From Candidatus Nomurabacteria bacterium (GTDB lineage: Bacteria; Patescibacteriota; Minisyncoccia; Phycocordibacterales; SBAW01): a stretch of 64,000 bases of DNA. Location: positions 96,913 through 160,912 of the forward strand of contig JADZGF010000003.1 of NCBI GenBank assembly GCA_020854065.1, given 5' to 3'. Below, in pieces: positions 1 to 7,262 of the stretch (positions within the stretch are counted from its first letter, which is position 1; each line of letters starts with the position of its first letter). The position numbers and the translations under genes were made by a program. The notes beneath the pieces are model-generated. The model had not been told where the DNA came from, did no database searches, and saw nothing but the letters and a program-made list of their open reading frames with translations.

Positions 1-182
1 GATGCTCTTGCCACAATTTGTTGAGCTCAGAATTCATAACAGTAATTATACCTCCTCAGGAAACTTCCTAAGCTGTTGCCACTGGTATAGAGTTCCATCA
101 TTAAATTTGTAATCAATAAAACATCTGCTATATTGTGGTGGGCTCTGGCATAGTGTCGGAGCATGCATCACACGGTGAGAGC

Positions 183-365
183 ATGGGGAAGAAAAGGCAT
201 CTGCACAGTACAAAGCGTTTGAGCCGACCCAAGCACAATAAAAAGAAAGGTCGGATCCACTATTACGTTACGGCCGAAAACAAGGTCAGCATTGCTCCTC
301 CGCAGGAGAAAAGGGATATTCTTTGGGGCAGCGATCGAGAGTATCGCTCCCACGTCAATATTTGA
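183..365 (+). CDS. small highly basic hypothetical protein (60 aa from first ATG)
   Basis: ORF 135..365 begins at GTG; first ATG at 183 preceded by GGTGAGAG SD-like. N-terminus is K/R/H-rich. No family recognised. Confidence 0.25.
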   Translation: MGKKRHLHSTKRLSRPKHNKKKGRIHYYVTAENKVSIAPPQEKRDILWGSDREYRSHVNI

Positions 366-378
366 TACACTTGCCCGC

Positions 379-1413
379 ATGATGCGTTATGCGGGCATAT
401 TCTTTTGCGGGGTAGTGTTTGGTGTCGCTCTTTCTTTAATTTTTAAGGATCTGGGTGTAGCGCCACTCCAACTTTATGACGAAGGTACCTATGCACAGGT
501 GGTTGCCGAAAGTATCGCGCGGGGTGATTTTCTAACCTTTACCTATCAGGATCAATTGTTTTTTGATAAACCACCGCTCTATTTTTGGCTTGCCGGTATT
601 GCTACCGTTTTAACCGGGGATCCGGTTTTAGGCATCCGGTTACCTGCCGCGCTTGCGGCGATTGGAGTAGTGGCGATGGTTATGGTGCTTGCGCATCACT
701 GGTCACGTAATTATCTCACTGCGGCGCTTGCGGGTGGTCTTCTTGTTGCTATTCCGCCGTTTATGGTCGCTTCGCGTGAAGCACGGCTTGATGTACTTAT
801 CACCCTGTTTATCTTGTTGGCGCTCTATGCCGTGCTTACCAGACGTTGGTTTATGTGGGGTGCCATGGTCGCGCTTGCGGTCATGGCTAAAAGCGCCATA
901 GCTCTCTTTGCGATTCTCCCGGCACTTCCTTATATACGGAAGAAATGCTTTTGGCAGGGTTCGCTCGTATCCCTTTCTCTCATCGCCCCATGGCACTTTT
1001 ATGAATGGATACGCCACGGCAACGACTTCTGGTGGAGCTATCTGGGGTATCACGTGCTTGAACGCTACGCCACTAATGTGTTTTATAACCCTAATCTTCA
1101 AACGGACTATTGGGCGCGGTTAAACGAACAAGCGCCACAAGTATTAGGACTCTGTATCCTTATGACCGTGGTCGCGTTTGCACTGTGGCGTGAATTTAGT
1201 ACAGAAGAGCGTCACGCTCTTTTACTTCCGTTTGGATTAGGGGTGTGTATGATTGCACTCTTTTTTAGTGCGCAAACACGAGCGCTTTCATATTTAGTTC
1301 CACTCTATCCAATGGTCGCGCTTTTTGTCGCACTGTCGTGTTCATTCGCCGTTCAGCGCCTCCATGACAGGCTAGGGTATGCAGTATCAAAAAACGACAG
1401 CCGCACTTCTTAG
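379..1413 (+). CDS. GT39/GT83-type (ArnT/PMT-like) integral-membrane glycosyltransferase
   Basis: Multi-TM protein with the FFDKPPLYFW motif characteristic of the ArnT/PMT family. Track ORF starts at TTG 292; trimmed to ATG 379 (MMRYAG...). Confidence 0.65.
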   Translation: MMRYAGIFFCGVVFGVALSLIFKDLGVAPLQLYDEGTYAQVVAESIARGDFLTFTYQDQLFFDKPPLYFWLAGIATVLTGDPVLGIRLPAALAAIGVVAMVMVLAHHWSRNYLTAALAGGLLVAIPPFMVASREARLDVLITLFILLALYAVLTRRWFMWGAMVALAVMAKSAIALFAILPALPYIRKKCFWQGSLVSLSLIAPWHFYEWIRHGNDFWWSYLGYHVLERYATNVFYNPNLQTDYWARLNEQAPQVLGLCILMTVVAFALWREFSTEERHALLLPFGLGVCMIALFFSAQTRALSYLVPLYPMVALFVALSCSFAVQRLHDRLGYAVSKNDSRTS

Positions 1414-2872
1414 CATAACGTTCGCCACAGTTTTGTTCCTTCCTTCATTTGCACACGCCGCCGTGTCCGACTGGATACGAGGCGCATCGATCGTTCCCAT
1501 GGGCACCACCGATCTCTCGAGCGAGAATGCGCAACAATCATTGCGTGACTTAGCAGCAACAGGTGCAACCCACGTATCGTTTGTAGTTCCGTATTATCAA
1601 TCGAATCAATGGGCGACTGACGTGCAGCGGGGATGGAATACTCCCACTGACGAGTCTTTGGGTGCGGCAATAGATCATGCACACTCACTTGGTCTCTCGG
1701 TCATACTCAAAATGCATGTTGAGCCGTATGACGGCGCATGGCGTGCACATATTAACCCTGAGGATCGCGGTGCCTGGTTTAGCGCATATGGTGCTGCAGT
1801 GGTGCACACGGCAACCATTGGCGAAGCACATGGTGCAGAGATGCTCCAGATTGGGTCTGAGTTAGTGTCTATGGCCGCAAGTTCAATGAACAGCACAAAC
1901 ACGGGATATTGGCAGACACTCATTGGTCAGGTGCGAGATGTATATGGAGGAGATTTGGTATATGGAGCAAACTCTAACTCCAATGACAATGATCCGTTTA
2001 ACAACGAAAAGCGGTTCATTGAGTTTTGGGACTCACTCGACTATGTAGGAATTCATCCATATGTTGGGTTAAACAGTGACGATTCAGTCGAGGGTATGAA
2101 GAGTGCGTGGGATTTCTGGAATAATGACGGCATTGGCGCATTTGCACAGTCGGTGGGGAAGCCCGTCATTATTACCGAAGTCGGATATCGCAGCTTAGAT
2201 AACGCACGCCAAGATCCATGGAATTGGAGCAGAGGAGGATCGATTGACCTGCAAGAACAAGCCAATGCATACGACGCATTAATGGAGTACTGGAATGACT
2301 ACCCATATATTCAAGGGGTGATCTTCTGGGAGTGGAGCACGAATCCAAATGCGGGTGGCAACGACACTGCCTACACTCCGCAAAATAAACCAGCTGAAGA
2401 AGTAATGTCGCGATGGTTCGGAAATCCTGTTGCGCCGACAACTACACCAGCAACGACCACGCCACCAGTCGTCGAACCACCAGCTACCACGACTCCAACT
2501 ACGACACCGCCTGTTCCAACTACTCCTCCGGCGACAACAACCCCGACCACTACTCCCGAGCAACCATCTGAACCTACGCCGACAGAAGAAGAGCCAACTA
2601 CGGAACGCACCGATCGTGCACGCATGGATAGACCAGAGCGCACAGTACGTGGTGGTGAGCATCTCGACTTTGTAGGTCGCGAGTTTGGGAGAGAAGAAGA
2701 TATCAACGTCATGCTCAATGGCACACGAGTGCGTGGTGCGTATGCCGATGGTGGTGGAAACTTCTCTACCGGCTCAATGATCGCACCGCACGAACCAGGA
2801 GTGTATACGTATGAGTTTGTAGGGGAGCGCAGTAATGCTACGCAAGAGGTCATAGTTACCGTCACCGAATAA
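1379..2872 (+). CDS. secreted clan GH-A-like glycoside hydrolase with Pro/Thr-rich linker and C-terminal beta-sandwich-like domain
   Basis: N-terminal signal peptide (LFLPSFAHAAV). Candidate acid/base around HVEPYDG and nucleophile ITEVGY (GH5/GH113-like). PT-rich linker aa 351-408. Overlaps the upstream gene end by 35 nt. Confidence 0.55.
   Translation: MQYQKTTAALLSITFATVLFLPSFAHAAVSDWIRGASIVPMGTTDLSSENAQQSLRDLAATGATHVSFVVPYYQSNQWATDVQRGWNTPTDESLGAAIDHAHSLGLSVILKMHVEPYDGAWRAHINPEDRGAWFSAYGAAVVHTATIGEAHGAEMLQIGSELVSMAASSMNSTNTGYWQTLIGQVRDVYGGDLVYGANSNSNDNDPFNNEKRFIEFWDSLDYVGIHPYVGLNSDDSVEGMKSAWDFWNNDGIGAFAQSVGKPVIITEVGYRSLDNARQDPWNWSRGGSIDLQEQANAYDALMEYWNDYPYIQGVIFWEWSTNPNAGGNDTAYTPQNKPAEEVMSRWFGNPVAPTTTPATTTPPVVEPPATTTPTTTPPVPTTPPATTTPTTTPEQPSEPTPTEEEPTTERTDRARMDRPERTVRGGEHLDFVGREFGREEDINVMLNGTRVRGAYADGGGNFSTGSMIAPHEPGVYTYEFVGERSNATQEVIVTVTE
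2429..2602 (+). repeat. Pro/Thr-rich low-complexity linker coding repeat (TTTP/PATTTP units)
   Basis: Translated as PTTTPATTTPPVVEPPATTTPTTTPPVPTTPPATTTPTTTPEQPSEPTPT. Repetitive ACN/CCN codons produce the long antisense ORFs on the - strand. Confidence 0.7.
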
Positions 2873-2878
2873 AACACG

Positions 2879-3763
2879 TTGTATTATTGGTGCATGGATG
2901 TGGCATCGTTGGCAGTGTTTGTACTGCAGCAGTTAGGTATTGTCCTCGGTGTTGGCGCTGAAGCAATCATTGTGTATGTTGCTGCTGCACATTACATTGG
3001 TGCACACCACGGACAACTGCCCGATTTTCACCGACAATCATTAGCGCGCTCTGCTCGGCATGTCCAAGTGGGTGCGCTTTTGCTTATCGCACTCTCTGGT
3101 GCGGCAGCTATAGGTATTCATCTCAATGGAGAGAACATCCAAGCGTTGGCGGAATCTGCGTTTATATATAAATGGATACTGATTGCGATAGTGACTGGTG
3201 CCTTTTTTATCGATCCCTATATTCCATTCCGATATACATGGACTGCGCGAGGGTTTGCCGCTGTCTCGTGGGCATCGCTGTGCATCTTGCACGTGGTTGC
3301 ACCTATTGTGCCGTGGTGGGTTATCGCCCTCGCTCATATATTGTTTGTCGCAATATGGATGGCGCTTTGGCAGGGTGTTGCACGATTGGCACATCCGCCA
3401 GTGGTGAAACCAACACCACCATCTCCACCAAAACCAGTGGCTCCAAAACCTGCTCCGCCACCTCCGCCAAAGCCTGTTCCGCCTCAACCAAAACCCACTC
3501 CGCCGCCACCTCCAAAACCAACACCTCCCCCGGCACCTCTTCCGGTGGTTAAGCCTGTTGAACTTCCTCCTGTTCAACCAAAACCAATGGCTCCACCGCC
3601 GCCTCCACCAAAACCGGTCCCGCCACCTCCGCCAAAACCTGCGCCGGTTGTAGCGCCTGCACAAGACAACAACCCTGATTTACCCGCGATGCGCATTATG
3701 CCCAAGAGTGCACAGGATATTCCGAACCAGTTTCGTAGCGGCGCGGTAGAATTGGGACAGTAA
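2879..3763 (+). CDS. integral membrane protein with long Pro-rich (PPPPKP) C-terminal region
   Basis: About 5 hydrophobic helices in the N-terminal 170 aa, then roughly 90 aa of PPPPKPxP repeats (TonB-like spacer). No catalytic motifs recognised. Confidence 0.5.
   Translation: MYYWCMDVASLAVFVLQQLGIVLGVGAEAIIVYVAAAHYIGAHHGQLPDFHRQSLARSARHVQVGALLLIALSGAAAIGIHLNGENIQALAESAFIYKWILIAIVTGAFFIDPYIPFRYTWTARGFAAVSWASLCILHVVAPIVPWWVIALAHILFVAIWMALWQGVARLAHPPVVKPTPPSPPKPVAPKPAPPPPPKPVPPQPKPTPPPPPKPTPPPAPLPVVKPVELPPVQPKPMAPPPPPPKPVPPPPPKPAPVVAPAQDNNPDLPAMRIMPKSAQDIPNQFRSGAVELGQ
3392..3655 (+). repeat. proline-rich coding repeat (PPPPKPVP/KPTPPPP units)
   Basis: CCN-rich periodic DNA that also generates the Arg/Trp-rich antisense ORF 3041..3664. 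Confidence 0.7.
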
Positions 3764-3775
3764 CAAGACGATCGA

Positions 3776-4390
3776 ATGAAATTTTTTAGTGATCATACGC
3801 CACGGAAGATCTTTGTGCTCGTCGGCCACCCCGACGAGTCGGCAACGCTCACGGCTGAAATGGCGCTTTTGTATGAGACCGCAGCCCGCAAAGCAGGACA
3901 TGAGGTGCGTAAGATGCATCTTGCGAAAATGCACTTTGATCCCATCTTGCATAAGGGATACAAAGCGATTCAGCAACTTGAGCCTGACTTAAAAACATTT
4001 CAGGACAATATAAAATGGGCCGATCATACGGTGATCCTCTATCCCAACTGGTGGTGCACGATGCCCGCACTCTTAAAAGGTCTTTTTGATCGCGCATGGC
4101 TGCCGGGCTTTTGCTTTAATATGCGCAAAGATAAGCAGGGACGACTCACGATGGGGTGGATTAAGCGGCTCAAAGGCAAAAGTGCACGGGTAATAGTGCT
4201 CTCTGGTACGCACCCACTCCTTATCCGTCTTATCTTTGGTGATTACACGAACGAAATCAAAAAGGGCATCCTATGGTTTGCCGGTTTTAAGGTGAAAGTC
4301 ACTCGCATGGGACCAACGGACACAGCGCCTGAGTGGCTTAAAAATGTATGGCGTCGCAAAATGGTGCGCATGGGCACCTTGGGTGAGTAG
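3776..4390 (+). CDS. flavodoxin-like fold NAD(P)H-dependent oxidoreductase (Flavodoxin_2 / NAD(P)H:quinone oxidoreductase family)
   Basis: KIFVLVGHP...LYPNWWCTMPALLKGLFDRA is typical of the MdaB/KefF-like Flavodoxin_2 family. Confidence 0.55.
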   Translation: MKFFSDHTPRKIFVLVGHPDESATLTAEMALLYETAARKAGHEVRKMHLAKMHFDPILHKGYKAIQQLEPDLKTFQDNIKWADHTVILYPNWWCTMPALLKGLFDRAWLPGFCFNMRKDKQGRLTMGWIKRLKGKSARVIVLSGTHPLLIRLIFGDYTNEIKKGILWFAGFKVKVTRMGPTDTAPEWLKNVWRRKMVRMGTLGE

Positions 4391-4415
4391 GAAAAATAAG
4401 GTATAGTCGTCTCTT

Positions 4416-5357
4416 ATGGCTTTAAGTATAGGTATTGTCGGTCTGCCAAACGTGGGGAAGTCCACGCTTTTTAATGCACTCACCAAAAAGAGTGTCCTCA
4501 TCGCTAACTATCCATTTGCCACGATCGATCCATCAGTCGGAGTGGTGGCAGTACCTGATCCACGTCGCGAAAAGCTTGCTGCGTTCAGCAACTCTAAAAA
4601 AGATGTACCGGCTGCGGTGGAGTTTGTGGATATTGCAGGGTTGGTAAAAGGAGCGAGTGAGGGTGAGGGATTGGGTAACCAATTTTTGCAACACATCCGC
4701 GAGGTTGATGCGATTGCGCACGTGGTACGTATTTTCGACAACCCCAACATTACTTCAACGCAGGAGCATATTGATCCGATGTCAGATATCGAGCTTATTA
4801 ACACTGAGCTTGAGTTGGCTGATTTAAATACTAAGGATCCGGCCATGCATGTAAGCAAGAAGCCGGTGCTCTATGTGTTGAACAAAGAAGCAGGCGGACA
4901 TAATCTTGATGAAGTAAAAGATGGCCGATGGGAGCGGCTTATGGAATTTTTGGCTGATAAAAAGTGGGTAATCGTTGATGCGCATGTTGAGCACGAGCTC
5001 AAAGACTTAGGAGGAGATGATAAACAAAGTTTTCGCCAAGAGTATGGGGTATTTGAGGACGGTATCAATGATTTGATCCGCACTGGCTACGAACTCCTTG
5101 GCCTCATCAGCTTCTTTACCACCGGTGAAGATGAGACTCGTGCATGGACCGTTAAACGGGGCAGCATGGCACCGCGTGCAGGTGCTGCAATCCATAGTGA
5201 TTTTGAAACAAAGTTTATCCGCGCTGAGGTAATTGAATGGGATAAATTGATTGCTGCAGGAAGTCGTGGCAAAGCGCGTGAGTTGGGACAGATTCGCACG
5301 GAGGGTAAAGAGTATGTCGTGAAAGACGGCGACGTCATTGAGTTTTTGCACGGATAG
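4416..5357 (+). CDS. ychF: redox-regulated ATPase YchF (Obg-like P-loop GTPase family)
   Basis: GIVGLPNVGKSTLFNAL P-loop, FATIDP switch region and C-terminal TGS-like region (KDGDVIEF). Confidence 0.85.
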   Translation: MALSIGIVGLPNVGKSTLFNALTKKSVLIANYPFATIDPSVGVVAVPDPRREKLAAFSNSKKDVPAAVEFVDIAGLVKGASEGEGLGNQFLQHIREVDAIAHVVRIFDNPNITSTQEHIDPMSDIELINTELELADLNTKDPAMHVSKKPVLYVLNKEAGGHNLDEVKDGRWERLMEFLADKKWVIVDAHVEHELKDLGGDDKQSFRQEYGVFEDGINDLIRTGYELLGLISFFTTGEDETRAWTVKRGSMAPRAGAAIHSDFETKFIRAEVIEWDKLIAAGSRGKARELGQIRTEGKEYVVKDGDVIEFLHG

Positions 5358-5360
5358 TAA

Positions 5361-5390
5361 AAAGGCGCCCATGGGCGCCTTTTGTGTTTG
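5361..5390 (+). terminator. rho-independent terminator (possibly bidirectional)
   Basis: AGGCGCCCATGGGCGCCT hairpin followed by TTTGTGTTT. Lies between convergent ychF and the - strand gene. Confidence 0.6.
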
Positions 5391-5404
5391 GTGAACGAGC
5401 ATGT

Positions 5405-6217
5405 CTAATCGACAGTCATGGCAGCGCGCTGGATCGACACGTCGAGCGTGCCAAACTGCGCATTGCGACAGAGGAAACCGATGGCCACGTCGATCTCACG
5501 CTTGAGTCGATCTTTGTCCGTCTTTTCTACATACGGCTTTTCCTGGGGAATGGTAAAAGTATCCCGCAGAAACTCCTCGACCGTATTTCTTTGAAGGAAA
5601 TAAGGATCTTGTGCATCGATGGCCTGCTTGAGTTCCTCTTTGGCTGCCCACAAAGGCAAATACCATTGTTCCCAGTACTCCCCCGACAGATTGCGCTGCG
5701 ATCGCAGACACACGAACCCCCATCGTGTGAGTTTTTCAGCTTCGCGGCAGTATCGCTCTGCCGTGTAGTTGTACCCGCACAGATGTTGAATGGTGATACA
5801 GGGCGAACACCACTCAGGCATTGGCTCGATCGAAAAGAGTGAGAGCTGTGTCTCGACTCCTTCTTGGGGTCGACGCCAGAACGGCAGCATCATCTCATCT
5901 TCTGTCGGCCCCGGCAGTTGTTTATAAGTGGGCACGTTTTCGATGCGACCATCTTTGCACGTCACCCAGTGGTGTCCGTGCATTGCTCCTTGCATGAGGT
6001 CGAGCTCTTTGCTGTCGAGCCCATGGATGTCGATATGCAGAGAGTTCCTCTGATGTGAGCCGCCGTAGGAAACAACCCGCACTTTTGGTTGATCGTCCGT
6101 ATCGGTACCGACAGTTTCTTGGTTTGTAGGAGAAGGAATGGTGTTTCTCGTGGTCATTGACTGCTCCGTATGTGCAAATTCCTTTGGCAGGGTAGCAGTA
6201 AGCATCCACAAGTGCAA
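5405..6217 (-). CDS. hypothetical protein with His-rich cluster (HIDIHG...MHGHHW), possible metal-dependent enzyme
   Basis: 270-aa ORF with complex composition and no recognised family. Start uncertain (alternative ATG at aa 21). Confidence 0.4.
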   Translation of the reverse strand: MHLWMLTATLPKEFAHTEQSMTTRNTIPSPTNQETVGTDTDDQPKVRVVSYGGSHQRNSLHIDIHGLDSKELDLMQGAMHGHHWVTCKDGRIENVPTYKQLPGPTEDEMMLPFWRRPQEGVETQLSLFSIEPMPEWCSPCITIQHLCGYNYTAERYCREAEKLTRWGFVCLRSQRNLSGEYWEQWYLPLWAAKEELKQAIDAQDPYFLQRNTVEEFLRDTFTIPQEKPYVEKTDKDRLKREIDVAIGFLCRNAQFGTLDVSIQRAAMTVD

Positions 6218-6265
6218 CGTGATATTGTGTAAGGGTTAACCGTTAACCCCGTCTTCATCTTTTAT

Positions 6266-7210
6266 ATGGATAAACCTAAAGCAACACCAAAGGATTTCTT
6301 CCTCTGGGCAGGGGCTATGCTCGCACTTTACGCAGGTGTGGTGGCCTTTATTGCCCTTATTTTCGACTATATTAACTACACCTTCCCGAACTCGCTTAAT
6401 TACTATGGCGATCCGTATGCGTCCGCAGCCTACGAGATGGCAGCACTGATCGTGCTTGCCCCAGTCTTCCTTATATTGATGCGGGCGATTCGCCGCGACA
6501 TTGCACGCGATAGCAGCCGCCAAGATATTTGGGTACGCCGCTGGGCGCTCTACCTTACCGTCTTTGTGGCAGGCGCAACGATTGTGATCGACCTCATTAC
6601 CCTCATCTACACCTTCCTTTCGGGCGAGGATCTCACTGCACGCTTCCTTCTTAAGGTATTAGTAGTGCTCCTTGTTGCAGGTGCAGGCTTCCTTCACTTC
6701 TACTCGGATATCAAGGGGTACTGGGTACGTGAGCCGCAGAAAGCAAAAATGGTTAATTGGGGGGTAGCAGTGGTTGTTATCGCCACTATTATCTCCGGTT
6801 TCTTTATCATCGGTACGCCAGGTGATGCGCGCGGATACCGCCTCGATGAGCAGAAGGTAAGTGACCTACAGACCATTCAATGGCAGCTGGTTAACTTCTG
6901 GCAGCAAAAAGAAGTGCTCCCTGCATCGCTCACTGAGCTTAATGATCCGATCTCTGGCTTTATACTTCCCGTTGATCCAGAAACAGGCGAGCCATACCGC
7001 TACGAGCGCACGAGCAACTCATCGTTCCGCCTTTGCGCTACCTTTAACGCTGAGGATCGCTACATTGAGCCAACCTACAGTCGTCCCGTTACCGCTATTC
7101 CTGAGGGAGAGAAGTATGGCGGCGACACATGGGAACACACAGCGGGTGAAGTCTGCTTTGATCGCACGATCGATCCAGAGCGCTACCCACCATATCGCCT
7201 GACTCGCTAA
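6266..7210 (+). CDS. DUF5671-like membrane protein with C-terminal pseudopilin (GspG/type IV pilin)-like region
   Basis: N-terminus KDFFLWAGAMLALYAGVVAFIALIFDYINYTFP plus about 4 TM helices matches the DUF5671 pattern common in Parcubacteria. C-terminal LPVDPETGEPYRYE...FRLCATF resembles the GspG DPWGxPY region. Confidence 0.55.
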   Translation: MDKPKATPKDFFLWAGAMLALYAGVVAFIALIFDYINYTFPNSLNYYGDPYASAAYEMAALIVLAPVFLILMRAIRRDIARDSSRQDIWVRRWALYLTVFVAGATIVIDLITLIYTFLSGEDLTARFLLKVLVVLLVAGAGFLHFYSDIKGYWVREPQKAKMVNWGVAVVVIATIISGFFIIGTPGDARGYRLDEQKVSDLQTIQWQLVNFWQQKEVLPASLTELNDPISGFILPVDPETGEPYRYERTSNSSFRLCATFNAEDRYIEPTYSRPVTAIPEGEKYGGDTWEHTAGEVCFDRTIDPERYPPYRLTR

Positions 7211-7217
7211 TGACGCA

Positions 7218-7246
7218 GAAGCCCGCTGACAAAGCGGGCTTTTTCG
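7218..7246 (+). terminator. rho-independent terminator
   Basis: GAAGCCCGCTGACAAAGCGGGCTTTTT. Confidence 0.65.
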
Positions 7247-7262
7247 TGGTATTTTAACGTTC

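Noticed and set aside
2279-2877. Antisense ORFs 2279..2662 and 2371..2877 (Gly/Val/Arg-rich)
   Set aside because: Antisense of the PT-linker repeat inside the GH-like gene; low complexity.
3041-3664. 207-aa Arg/Trp-rich ORF on the - strand
   Set aside because: It is the antisense of the CCN-rich proline repeat, since poly-Pro codons read as NGG on the other strand. Not a gene.
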